Positions 40,053-53,400 of a stretch of DNA of 64,000 nt are shown one piece after another; the first letter of the stretch is position 1; the number at the start of each line of letters is the position of its first letter. The DNA comes from Selaginella moellendorffii (lineage: Eukaryota; Plantae; Lycopodiophyta): positions 1,782,322 through 1,846,321 of the forward strand of contig NW_003314294.1 of the NCBI RefSeq assembly GCF_000143415.4, given 5' to 3'. The notes below the pieces were generated by a model. That model did no database searches and had not been told where the DNA came from. It saw only the letters and a list, made by a program, of their open reading frames with translations. The position numbers and the translations under genes are program-made.

Positions 40053-43000
40053 ATGGCCTTCAGGGTTGGGGAAAAGGTTTACATTTTGAATGGTGGGAAG
40101 AGAGTTGCAAAAGGGACCCTTGTGTCTATGGATCGGAACTTTGTTATACACTGTCAAAGGCTTAGGGAAGGCAATGCTGCTGTATCAGTAGAGACTGTCT
40201 TCGATGGGAATGTGGTCGCTATTGAACGAGGAGAGATGGTCGTCGGGGTAAATGTTGTTGTTGCCTTGAAAAATCTTCAGAAGAAAGCAGATGTTGGGGA
40301 CAGCGCAAGTGCGACGCATGTTCCCTCCGTGGATCTTAAGAACCGTGCTACATGGATTCAGGCGAAGGTGTTTCTAAACAACCCCGAGGGGGAGGTGGTA
40401 GCTGAGGGCTTAGCCACAGTTGTCGATCCAAGAGATGCGGTTGCTAATCAAGAATTGGGCTGGGATGATATTGGAGTTGGGATTTTAGAGGTTGTTGACA
40501 CAGAAGAAAACAGTCTGACTATTGGAAGCATTGTGCGGTGGAAATTGAGGCACTTAGTGTTTGAGAATGTGAAGGATTCACAATCAAACACCACTACAAC
40601 TGATGACAGAACATCTCTTCATGGGAAAAGAAAGTACACCTTCCTAAAGCGCAGCCAAAGGGATCTGAGCAACGAACCGAAAAGGCAGAAAATGGCGATG
40701 GAGGTTCAAATGGTCTCGACAGTTGCTTGTTGCAAGAGGAGGTGCTGTCAACATGCTGATTGGGATGCTATTGAAGAGGAGAGAGCAAGATACAAGACAT
40801 TGTCCTGGAAGGCAGCTCGCAATTTTGTGTATGAGGCATTACGGTCATCTGTTGATGCTTCAGAATATCAGGTGGGGGGCATGGTCTTCCAGAGGGGTTT
40901 GGTCTGCATGAAGGCATGAAGAATCATTTATGGAGTCCCTCGAAGCACATTCTACAGAATCAAAACTGAGTTCGAGGAACAAAGGGTTCAACAGGCAGTC
41001 TATGGGAACGACGGTACGCACAAAACTAGGGGTCATGTTGTATATGGAGAGGCAATCTTCAAGAGGTTTGTCGAGACATGTAGCGAGCAGCAACCACATA
41101 AAACCCGCCTCTTGGAAGATGGAACACGAGACACCCAACGAGTTCTCCCTTCCATGTATACCAAGGGGGCCATATTGGAAGATGTGAATCGGGAACTCCA
41201 GAGTAATGGCTACAGGAAGCTGAGCCAATCTAGATTTAGTAGATTGTGGAGCAACAGGTTCAGGGATGTGAGTATAGGAAAGTACTCCAGCTTTTCAAAG
41301 TGTGACGAGTGCACTGCTATCAAAATGGCTTTATCGAAGAATTCTTGCAGCGCTCAAGAGCGAGAGACGTTGGTTAGAAGGCGGCTCGACCACAACATCG
41401 AGCAGAGAAGCTGCAGGACTGCATATTATCATAACAGGATTCTCTCCATGGAGAGACCTGACTCTTACCTCTGCATCATCCACGACAAAATGGACCAGAA
41501 AAAGACGTGCTTACCTCGACTCAATCCTGCCCCCAAGGCAATCTCTTCATCCATGCAGCTGCCTGTGTCTCTGTTTGGCATAATCGCTCATGGGCATGGT
41601 GCCCAGAACTATGGGAACTTCTTTGTACCTCTATGGGGTGGCGGGGGTGCAAACATGATGATTGTGTCCTTAGCAAAACACTTAAGGTCTCTGCAAAGTG
41701 CGCAGACTGAGCTGAACGGCCAACCCTTGCATAAGGCCCTTGTCGATCGAACCCCATACAGGGTTCAGCTGGAGGAGGAGCAAAGGCTTGCAGTATCGCG
41801 TGGGGCCCCATGCCATCCCAGTGAATATGTTGGCCGTCAGATTGTAGGGTTATCACGTGAGGCCTCATGCCATTCCGACGAGGCTGGTCGCCCGGTGAAT
41901 GCATAGCCTCATCCAAACGAAGCAGAATCTCAAGGAAGTTCTTGCGGCCGATGTGGTCTTCCACCCCATCTTCTGCTCCAAATAGACAATGCTGGCAGTG
42001 AGAACAAAAACATGTACATCTTCGCGTACTTGGCGATGCTTGTTGCCAAAGGCATATTTGAAACGGTTACACTTGGCTTTCTCATGGTTGGGCACACTCA
42101 TGAAGACATCGATGCCATGTTCAGTCACCTGGTAGAGTCCCTCCGGCGATCCAATGTCCTCATCCTCCCACAACTCTACGATGAATTCCAAAATTGCATC
42201 AAAGGCATTGTTGAAGCTGCACTTGTGACAGAGGTTCCAGACTTTAAGGGGTTTGTAAGAGGCTACATCAGGGACGGATCCGAAACACTGATTGGCCACT
42301 CCAAGCCTCTTCAGTTTCATTTCAGCATGCGTGACGGTGCTCCAGTGATGAGGTACAAGATGAGAGAATGGGACACAGTGTGGCTGCCAGTGGACGGCAT
42401 TGAACTCTTCAAGAGAGATCCCATAACTGGGGAACCTATGATTCCTCAGGGTTCCCCACGGCCGATGCACCCGGATGGACTTAAAGACCAGGAAAGTATA
42501 GTGGCCGGGATTAGACAGCATATTGCCTTCTGGAAGAGGGGGTTGGTGTTTGGTGGAGAATCCTATTTTCAGAGGTGCAAGCCTTTGCTCGAATACTGGG
42601 AGAAGATTATATCTGCTATCCAAAATGGGCCGGTTGTATATGAAGAATTGGAAGAGTCCTTTTGGCCAGAACCCAGAGCACCAGATAGTAGCGGAACAAT
42701 GTCCTCTGGAAATGCAGTGACAGATAACGATGTTGAGGATCACTATTGTGGGCCGAGGAACAAGAAGCCGGATTCAGCATTCAATCCAGTACAGGTCTGC
42801 AAAGGAATGGTCGTGCTTGTCAGACCCAGTAATAAAAAACAAATGATATGGGTGGGGCGCTGCATCACTGATGCAGAGGAGGACGCGGAAACTAACTCCT
42901 TCAATGTAACTGTGGAGTGGTTCAAGCCAAGTTCCGGATATACGAAGGATTGCCTAGAAAAGAGATGGGTGCTGAATCCAAGGGATCCCAGCATGAGCAT

Positions 43001-43121
43001 ATCGGTGGATAATGTTGTGCATGGTTGGATGCGGAAGCAGAGTGCCACCATCACCTTGCCAGACCATGCAAGAGATGCAGCAAGAGCATTCATAACTCGG
43101 GTTCAAGGTGAGATTCATTAA
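40053..43121 (+). pseudogene. Sola-like DDD transposase (~1,020 aa), copy 2, with two nonsense codons (40917-40919, 41904-41906)
   Basis: Single frame from ATG 40053; TGG>TGA and CAG>TAG relative to copies 1 and 3; probable last intron 43108-43159 with stop at 43192-43194. Confidence 0.88.
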
Positions 43122-44812
43122 TATTCCTTTACAAAGTTTCTAATGTATTTTATTTCAAGGTGAACAATCCGAATCTGAATCAGAGGAGGCTTGATATAGT
43201 GTGTGAGGTAAAACAAAGATGATGTGACATATGCATTTACCAATCACACGTGCATAAATCTAATAATATGGCGTGTGGCCCATATTAATGGCACATAAAC
43301 TCATATTGTGGGCTTACGTGCTTTATGTACCATCATTCCCTTGCAGCGTGTGTGTTGGTTTCCTTTTATAACACAACGAACTCCATATTTTAGGGTGAAG
43401 AGCGTTCTCATGGCAAGCACAAAATCTGTAAGTGAGGCAGAAAAGGAGACGGAGAAGGAGATAGGTGAAGATGTAGAATATATAAGTCTTCCAAACTCCC
43501 CGTACTATACTCCAGGTGATCATTTTTCTGAACAAACGGCAACATTAACAACTATCGAGAACGCCCCAGTAACGTCAGAGACAACAATCCAAAGCAAAAC
43601 AACTGACCCGGAGAAGGATGATAGTACCGCTGAGAGTACCAAAAAGGAGGTGTCCACTAGCGCTTAGGCTTATAATGGCGTGTGCCCTCATGCCATTTAC
43701 TTGATCACCAAATACCTTTTTCCCTTTGCACTAGTATATCTTAATACCGGTCTGAGAAATAGAATGGCATGTGCCCTTAGGCCTTTTACTAAATCACCTT
43801 TGAAAGAAATGCAAGCCTCTATGTCGTAAAAAAAAGGTACTAGAGAAATTCCTTAATAATGTGAATGTTATTTAGTTTCATGAAAATACACTAAGGGTCA
43901 AATGAGTTAAATGACTTCTCCAGACTAGCAATGCCTCTTGCTACACCTTCACAATTAGATTCGTTAGAAAAAGATAACATTGAATAATATCTAAATGTTC
44001 TCACCATTAAGTTATATGTCTGGCTAATAGGAATGATGTTCATCTTGGAAAGCTCACCACACGCTCAATGAACAAACAAATAGTGTGTGCGCGCATGCCA
44101 TCGCTCTTCTTTAGCTTCAGATTCGGCTTGTTCACCTTGACAATGAGATTTATTATACAACTAGATGGACTCAGTCTGGACATAAGGTCACCGCGCTAGT
44201 CACCATGCCCCAGATATGTCTAGCCCCGGGACAAAAAACATATAATTTCACGTCATTTTCAAATACTTGAAAATTTGTACCTAGTCCCATTTTACTGAAT
44301 AAATCCCACTTTAACGAAATAGAGCTTGGATGGCAACAGTGTCAAGTTCTGGGATGCCAATCAGTAAGCTAGTCTATCCTTTGCATTTCATTCATTCATT
44401 CATTCTTTCCTTCTTTTGTTGTGTGTCAAAAGCTTTGGCATGGTAAAATTGTTTACCATGGCTCAGCCAATGGAGTCGGCATCACTATACCCGGCCCTAG
44501 GGAAGTTCGTGGCTAGAGGGGATGATATGTGGGTGCAAGTGTTTGATTTCTACACCAGGGAAGAGATCAGTAAGCAAAGTGATCCTTTATTGCTCTCTCA
44601 GTCTGGAACTCTGGATTGTTTGCTCTCTCTTCAGAATGCTGCAATGGTCACCACAAGCTGGTCTATTGCACGTGATTCTCACTGGGCAGTTGGGCTTGAC
44701 AAGAGTTGGTTACTTAGGAATGAGCTAGTAAAGCTGACCACTAGATATGTTAAAGACAATCTCTAAGATGAGAAATAAGAGCTATTAGAGGTTGTTTGTG
44801 TTAGGGTGTGGC

Positions 44813-44816
<4 letters not shown>

Positions 44817-44843
<27 letters not shown>
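44817..44843 (+). repeat. (GA)n microsatellite
   Basis: About 13 GA units. Confidence 0.95.
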
Positions 44844-46169
44844 GGAATATTCTAGTCCTCAAAATATTCCCCATCTTCCACGGGCATTTTGTGGAGAGCA
44901 TTGAAGCATTTCTTGTGTTTGAACGAGTGCTGGGGGAAGTGCCCCTCCTTCCCCCAATAAATGGTGAACTCGGTGTGACGCTCAACACTTTCTGAGGCGT
45001 CATTTCTCTCTTTTTCTTTTGGCCGTAGACTTTGGGAACAAATTTCTCGTTTGTCTTGCGGTGGTTTTTTTGGATTTTAGGCTTGTTGAATAGGTCTGGA
45101 GCTTCTTTTTCCAGCAAGGTATGGCGCTCATCAAGCTGTGCAATATTTGAAGAGATACAATGTTTTTTGACTCGGTCAGATGAACATTTTGGGGTTTTCA
45201 TTCTCTCACCTGGATCCTCGGCCTAATTTCTCAAAGTAGTGCATTTGGGCTTGTAGATCTGGCCTAGATTTACGAGTAGTGGTGATTCTTGGTGCTAGAT
45301 TTGGCCAAATTGGCAGCATACAAAAGGATTTTCTTCTCCAGCTAAATTGGGTCATCTTTGTAGCAGGAATTCGTGCTCCTCCGGGTTTTTTTTGGATGCT
45401 ATTTGTTTCCAAAGGTGCTCTTGGTCCTAGGCTTTCCGAAAACACCAATGGCGCCTTAATATCAATTTACATTAGTGACAAGCACATGTTTTTCCACAAT
45501 ATTAGCATTCTAGGCTACCTCTTCTTTGATTTTGGGGAATATTGAGGCAGCTTCTTCCCAAATTCTTGTGATAGAGGGTAGACAGGGCTAAGCCCTTTCC
45601 AATGAGCCCACCAACAGTCAAAATGGGGAAGGATCAAGACTAGAGGACTCATTTTTCTCTTTTGGGCTAAATTTGATTAGGGGTTCCTTGGGAACAAAGC
45701 AATCTTCAAGGAACATGTACGGATAGGAGTTGGTGTTGGAGTAGGTGCAGGAGTAGGAGCGAGAGCAAGGGGTTACTGGTTACAGGTTACAGGTCCCCAG
45801 TTATTGGTTACTGGTTACCGGTTACCAGCTACTCCAATGGCTACCCTAGCGGCTACTTCAGCACTTACTCTATGGGCCAATAGTTCTGTGCGCTTGAGGC
45901 TTACATCTCCTTCCATTTTCACCCTTACTTCTCTTCGTCACAGGCATTTTGGGCAACTTTGAGCAACTTGAGCACTAGCCTATAGTCTTCTTGCTCCTGT
46001 CAACCCAGTTACCTTGACTGGGCATTTGTAGTGTTCAGGATATTTTATACCAGTACAAACTAGACATGCAACAAATTGGCACCCTTTTACCATACCTCAA
46101 GGCCCTAAGGTACGGAGTAAACTTTCTAACATCCAAAGGCAGCTTAGGTACGACACAACACCTTCTTGG

Positions 46170-47200
46170 GCCAAGTCCTCTTCATCCTTGGCACTTGAGA
46201 AAATACTATAAATTTCTTTGGGAATATTTAATGCAAAATGAATGGAGGAGTCTACAAGCCAAAAGGCTTTAATTCGGATTTGTAAAAATATTTCTATATA
46301 TGCTTCGATATCGAAACAAATCTCCTTGATTTATTCCATGATCAACCTCAAGGCTTCAGTAAGGAAAAGTGCAATGTTCTCATACAAGCTGCCTGCAGCG
46401 TTTGTTATCCACCAGAAACTTCCTTTATGTGCCTTATAGATTGCCATTATGTATGGAAGCTCGTTTGTATTATTTCCGAACTCATGACTATAGTTTTTTA
46501 ATTTCCCTTGGACACTTTCCAAGAACGTTTTGATATCCGGATATATCTCTATTATTTCCTGAAAGTCTTCCGATTCTCTTGCAAGATCTCTCACTAGCCA
46601 TTTACAGATGAAAGCTGGATTCTGAGTTGCTTTATCCAGTCCAGAGATGAAGAGTTCCTTTGTCATCGCCTTTGAACTCTTGTATTTTCCCACACGTTGA
46701 TCGGATTAAATTGACTCTGTTTTCGTCCAATGATATCCATTACTGCTTTTTGTATTAGTCCATGTGCATCCCTTTCTGATACCCTTGGTTGTAGTTGAAA
46801 CTGTACTTTTAGAATTTCCGTAATATGTAACCAGGCGTCCCAAAGTTGTTTGACAACCTTATTTTTCTCTATTGGTCTCAAGCTGATATGGTTTAATCCT
46901 TTCCTCATTTCCTGTTTTGTAGCTTGGGATTGTATAATATTTATGTCTGTAGAGACGACATTTCCATATTTCAAGTGTAGGAATTGTTTCATTCTTGTCG
47001 AAGTTTGGCAACTGCACTTTGTAATTCTGTGCTCTTCGTGTTTGAAGTCTGCAAATACTTCAAATGGCTTGTACCATATTGCCTTGATCTTTTTCGTATA
47101 CCACCAAGAGAATGAAAACCTTTCCATCAATTGGCTCCCTTCGTTGCCATGTGTTTTTGCAAACATATCTCGAAAAAACTCCCCACTTGGATATGTTCAA
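46170..47200 (-). pseudogene. Penelope-like element reverse transcriptase N-terminal fragment
   Basis: CSC...YGNVVSTDINII...MRKGLNH, then ISGLDKATQNPAFICK and LPYIMAIYKAHK resemble the PLE pre-RT motifs (DK..N, LP..Y...K.HK); frameshifted and truncated; boundaries approximate. Confidence 0.6.
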
Positions 47201-47428
47201 AAGCTCTATTTTCACAAGTGAGATGAACATAAATTTTCACTTCTTTCGTTTTTGGCATCAGCCTCCATCGGTTATGTTCCTGTAGTAACACTACCGCATC
47301 TGAATCATACTCTTGAGGATTTTCTAGTTCATCACCTTCCTCGTAGGGTGAGTTCCTCTTCTGATTGATCGTTGCTCAACATCGTAGCCTTTCGTTAGGT
47401 ATATCTGTATACACATTGTGCTACCATG

Positions 47429-50400
47429 TGTAAGCCACAAATTTTTCCTTTCCAATTTGCCAGTTTACCTTGTCTATCCGTCCAACACCGCCTTGGCTTT
47501 TGCTAAGTTCCCTTGCCAAAGTTCTCGCCTATGGTACCAGCTCCTACTTGGTCTCAGCTACTCACTGCACGAGCAACGGAGTGTTAGCCATCCGTCCACG
47601 GATTCCCAAATCACTCCCAATCCCCCTCCCCGGGTTAGACTGGACTTAAGGTTCGGCTACACTCCCCGCAAGCACAAGCAGCCAAGCACACCAAGCTTCC
47701 AGGTTCCTAACATCCTTTGGTACCACAAGACTTGATCATGGGACCCTCTAAATCCCAAGTCTTGAGTGCAACACTTGCTTCGGGACGCCGGGGCGAAACA
47801 CTGTGGCCTAGCGGCCCGGTATGGGTACCTCTCGCCCCCCACTTCCATCCCGAAGGAAGGCCCAAGCCCCTAGGAAGGGCGAGGACCAATGAGCCGCATG
47901 GTACTCAAGTGGGGCACCACTCCACATGAGCCGGGAGCACCGCAATCGGTTTCCCTTTCGGGAGTGGGAGCTGCTCTTGAGCACTTCCTTGGATGGCCCC
48001 TCCGGCACCAACCAAGTCCATGCTCACTCCCACCCAAGGCCCCTCGGTCCCAGTCCCAACCTCAAGTCAGTTTGGGAGCCCCACTGGAGAGTCCCTTCTA
48101 AACTGGTTCCTGGACCTCACTATCCCTACTATACTTTTGGAACCCCCTGCAGCCCCCCCCCCCTGGGGGACGCACGCTTTGGGCTTTCACCCCTTGACCC
48201 GTATTAGTATTTGGACTTAGTCTCTGGCTCGATCTCGGATCCGATTTCGGATCCGACTTCGGATTCGGTCTCGGACTCGATCGCGGACTCGATCTCGGAC
48301 CCGATCTCGGGCCCGACCTCGGACTCGACTTCGGACTCGGTCTCGGACCCGATTTCGGATCTCGGACTCCGTCTCGAACTCGGTCTCGAACTCGGACTCG
48401 AACTCGGTCCCCGAGTCGGTCTTGGACTCGATTCCGGACTCTATCTCGAACTCGGTCCTAGAGTCGGTCTTGGACTCAATCTTCGACTTGGTCCCATCCG
48501 ATAAACTCTTTGTCATTTTGGTCATGCTTTTGGGGTTCCTTTAGCCTACGACACCTCGGTGAGTTAGTTCCTTACAACTCCACCACCCATAGAAGAAGTT
48601 CGATGCCCACATCGAACGTCTCGTTTTATCCTACGACTTGTTGACCATGTCTCCGGGGGCATCCCCCCACTTAGCGGTGTGCCTAAGTTAGCCTCCCCGG
48701 CCAAGAGCCCATGACAACGGAATACAGGTGTCCCTATACTCCTCACCTCACCACGCCCTAGTATAGGGTCGGGACTTGAACCCAGCCTTGCTTTACTAGG
48801 GGGTTGGGACTCGAACCCAACCTCCGTAGAATACGTCTACGGATTCGACATCCCCACAGGGAGTCGGGCGTAGCTCCCTACGCCTGGTCGACCTAGCTAA
48901 CCCATGCTAATTAGCTTACCTTCGGCGCGTCTTCGGGTCCCAACATATGCCACTTGCTCAATTTTGCAAATTGATATTTTTAATTGAACTTTGCATAAGT
49001 ACATAGAGTTCTGCCTTGCAGAAATTCCTCCACTAGATCTCGCGCGTTCGCTAGGTTCTCCTCCGGTTCCCATGTTGCTTCGCAGTGTGGATATCCTTTC
49101 CACTTCACATGGAACTCTCTCACCTCGCGTCCTTGTCGCTTGCTCTTGCGCGCATTGAGGATGGCCTCGACTTCGTATTCCTCTTCCCCTTGGATAACCT
49201 CGGGTAAGGGTCTTACTTGGTCCTTGCGAAGCGGATCCTCAAAGTACGGCTTGAGTAAGTTCACGTGGAACACTGGGTGCATCTTCCCCATCTCTCGAGG
49301 AAGTCGGAGTTGGTAAGCCACTTTACCGATTCGTGCCTCAATCTCGTAAGGCCCCGCGAACCTGCTTAAGGAACTCAAGATCAATTCATTTACAGGAATA
49401 CATGCATCTTTACCTTTGGGTCAACTTTCGGCTGATCCCACTTGGTAGCCTGAGGTTTTTTGTGTTCAGCCACACCTTCTCCCCAGCTTGGAACTCTACA
49501 TCCCGGCGCTTTAGGTTCGCATACTTGGTTTGCCTTTGTTGAGCCCGTTCCAAAGAATCCCTCACTAGATTCCAAATGTTGAAATGTCTTAGTCCCCCTT
49601 TTGGAACATATACCCTCATTTGCTTGTAATAAATGAGTCCGTTGCGTTCTGCATAGCCCGTTTTCTCTTCCGTTGGCAGCTCACCTCTCTGGTGAGCTTC
49701 CCGCGCCTCCAGATTCCTCAACAACACTTCTTGTGCTAGACCATCGTTCTCATATGCTGTCCGCACATCGTCCCAGAAGGTTGCTGTTGCGCTGGATATC
49801 GCCAACCTCAAGCTCGCTTTTCGACTTAGCGCATCTGCCACGATGTTGCTCTTCCCAGGCTTGTACAGAATCTCACAATCAAACTCGGCCAAGGCATTGG
49901 CCCACCGACCTTGTTTCCCTCTTAGGTCGGGTTGTGACAAGAAGTGTTTCGTTGCCACATTGTCCGTGTAAACCTTGAAGTGTCTCCCAAGGTAGTGTCG
50001 CCACTCCTTGAGCGCCTTGACCACCGCAAACAATTCCTTCTCGTGGGCAGGCCACTTCCGTTGAGCCTTGTCCAGCTTCTTCGAGAAGAACGCTACTGGA
50101 TGGTTGTCTTGCTTCAAAACTGCACCCAATGCAAAGTCCGAAGCATCCGTGTCTACCTCAAAGTCCTTACCGAAGTCCGGTAATGCTAACACGGGAGCCT
50201 TCCTCAATTTCCCTTTGAGGTGGACAAATGCCGCCTCGCATTCCGCTGTCCATACCATCTTCCCTTTTCCTGTTTGGTCCATTAAGGGCAAGGCTACTCT
50301 CGAATAGTGTCTGATAAACTTTCGATAGTAGTTACATAGCCCCAAGAATGCCCTCAACTCATGTACATTCGATGGTCGCTCCCATTCCTGGATCGCTTGG

Positions 50401-53400
50401 ACCTTTTCCGGGTCCACCTTGAGCCCGTCCTTGCCCACCACATGCCCGAGAAACTTTACCTCTTGTTGAGCAAAGTCACATTTGCTCTCTTTAGCATACA
50501 GTTTGTGTTCCCTTAGTTTCTCAAACACCTTCGCCAAGTGTTCGGCATGCTCCTCTAGCGTCTCGCTATAGATCAGGATGTCGTCAATATAGACGACCAT
50601 GAAGTGATCCAGATAGGGTACAAAGATGTGGTTCATCAACGCCGAAAATGTTGCCGGCGCATTGCACAGCCCAAAGGGCATCACCAGAAACTCAAAGCTC
50701 CCATACCTCATTCGACAAGTTGTCTTCTCGACATCTTCCTCAGCTACCCTGATCTGGTAGTATCCTGACCTTAGGTCAATCCTCGAGAAGTATCTTGCCT
50801 TTCCCAACCTATCGAACAGGTCCTCAATCCTTGGCAAAGGGTACTTGTTCTTCTTGGTATACTTGTTGAGCAACCGGTAGTCTATGCACATGCGCATAGA
50901 TCCATCTTTCTTTTTCACAAATAGCACCGGCGCCCCATACGGCGACTTGCTCAACCTAACATACCCTTTGTCCACCAACTCCTCTAGTTGGCTCTTGAGC
51001 TCCTTGAGTTCTTTTTCGTTCAATCGATAGGGTGGACGAACCACCGCCTCAGCACCCTCGACCAGCTCAATCTTATGTTCTATCGGTCGTGCGGGGGGCA
51101 ACCCTGCCGGTAGCTCCTCCGGCATCGTATCCTGGAATTGGTCCAGCACCTGCTGGATCACTAAAGGTACTTCTTCCGTTCTTGTCTTTTTGTCACTCTT
51201 CACCGAGAGTAAGCACAAAAAGGCTGCCTTAATTCCTTTAGTGAGTTGTCCTCTCGTGGACACCAGGTTTAAGCATGACTCTTTGGCCTTGCATTGCCCT
51301 ACCTTTAGATCCTGGGCCTCCACCCTAGATCTTCTTCCTTGGGCATTCGCCAATACCACAAGGTTCCTACCTTGTCCATGCAGGGCTACCACGAACCGAT
51401 TAAACCAATCCATTCCGAAGATCACATCAAATCCCGCCATGTCCAAGACGGTGAAATCCATGTCCACTTTCCATGTCCCCACTTCGACTCTCGCTTGTCG
51501 AAGTACCTCATCGGTGCTTTGGCTACCTTGAACAAACTCTATAGTCCTTGGTTCGCCTAGCCGCTGCACCGTTAGTCCGGCTTGCCGGACTATGTCTGCA
51601 GCCACAAAATTATCCGAAGCACCTGTGTCAATAAGGATCTTAACAAAGCTACCTCTGAGCTTCCCTCGGAGGGCTAGTAGATGTCGCGAACGACTCTCTA
51701 CCAAAGTTGCTCGTGTAATGAGTAACTTTGAGTTAGGGACTGGATCACATACCTCAGTTTGGACTTCACCCGACTTGATGGCCATATTGGCTCTGGCCTT
51801 CTTCGGGTAGGGACATTCCCTCGAGAAGTGTCCCGCTTCGCCGCATTTGTAGCATACGTTGTTTCCCACGTTGCTATACGACTTGACCTTCTTATCCGTG
51901 GGTTTGTCTTTTTTCGCTTGACTCCCCCACGTACTCGCTCGCTGGCCACCGGATTTGCCTTTTCGGAACCCCGAGGACTCATTCTTAGAGAAACTCTTTT
52001 TGAATTTCCCCTTGCTATATGTTCCCCTTGGTTTAGCCCCTTTGCTAAATGTGGATCCCGACCCCGTCGTGTTCCCCTTTCGCAGGTTATCGTTGAAATG
52101 CACCTTGATGGCCGCATCCAACGCTTCCTTGTAATTGGTCGGGTTCTAGCGCATCACCTCACCGCGAGCCCAGGTTTGCAAACCTGATATGAAGGCATGG
52201 AACGCATCCATATCCCCCATGTCCGTGACTAGTATCCTCTTTGCCATGAACCCATTCACATATTCCTGGATGGTTCCAGTCTGCTTCAGCCTACTCAACT
52301 CATCTCTCAGAAGCAGAGTGGCATTCGGAGGAACGTATGTTGCGCGGATCCTCGCCTTCATCATGTCCCAAGTGGCCACTGGTCCTTCGTTGGCCTCCGT
52401 CGTTCTCCACCAAGACTTGGCATTATCTGCCAAGTATGGTTTTGCACATGGGACCTTCTCCGAGCTCGGTAATCGCAACGCTCGGAAGTAGTCCTCCATA
52501 TCGTAAAACCAATCCTCCACCACTTTATAGTCGTTCACTCCCTTGAAGACTGGTGGAGGCTTTGGTTTGTACTTGGGAACTGCCTGAGGGACTGATTCTA
52601 CTTCAGTCTGTTCGACCTTGTCTGGTTTTGCCTCAGTCCCGGCCGAAAGATCCGCACCTTCTGCGCTGCCAGCATCCGCAGTCTTTTTCTTTTTCTTTTT
52701 CTTCCGCCTCTCGTCACGCTTTAGCTTGCGTACGAGAGTTTCCAGCAGGGCATTGGTCTGTGCCAACTGTCCTTCTAGCACGTCCAATCGAGCCTTGGAC
52801 GACCGAACCTCGCCACCGGACTCCTGTTTAGAAGTTTCCTCACTAGAGTCCTCCTCATGCAAGGATTCCTCATCCATAGCCTCTTGTTCGACCGGAGGCT
52901 CCAGCTCCGGCGGAGGTTCCGTCTCCGCCTGGGTTCGCTTACGCCCTGCCCTTGCCATCTCCCAGCAATCCGCCTCTATCCTTCGCTAGAACTGAGATAA
53001 AGGCTCCGATACCAAATTTTAAGCCACAAATTTTTCCTTTCCAATTTGCCAGCTTACCTTGTCTATCCGTCCAACACCGCCTTGGCTTTTGCTAAGTTCC
53101 CTTGCCAAAGTTCTCGCCTATGGTACCAGCTCCTACTTGGTCTCAGCTACTCACTGCACGAGCAACGGAGTGTTAGCCATCCGTCCACGGATTCCCAAAT
53201 CACTCCCAATCCCCCTCCCTGGGTTAGACTGGACTTAAGGTTCGGCTACACTCCCCGCAAGCACAAGCAGCCAAGCACACCAAGCTTCCAGGTTCCTAAC
53301 ATCCTTTGGTACCACAAGACTTGATCATGGGACCCTCTAAATCCCAAGTCTTGAGTGCAACACTTGCTTCGGGACGCCGGGGCGAAACACCATGGCCTAG

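Larger units (their letters stand above)
31106..44327 (+). mobile_element. Complete 13,222-bp Sola-like DNA transposon, copy 2
   Basis: Perfect 24-bp TIRs AAGCTCTATTTCGTTAAAGTGGGA at 31106-31129 and 44304-44327; 4-bp TSD GGAT at 31102-31105 and 44328-44331; DDD transposase. Confidence 0.93.

Noticed and set aside
31481-44101. Palindromic repeats as a CRISPR array
   Set aside because: Irregular spacing, degenerate copies, positions inside introns and exons, no cas genes, eukaryotic context
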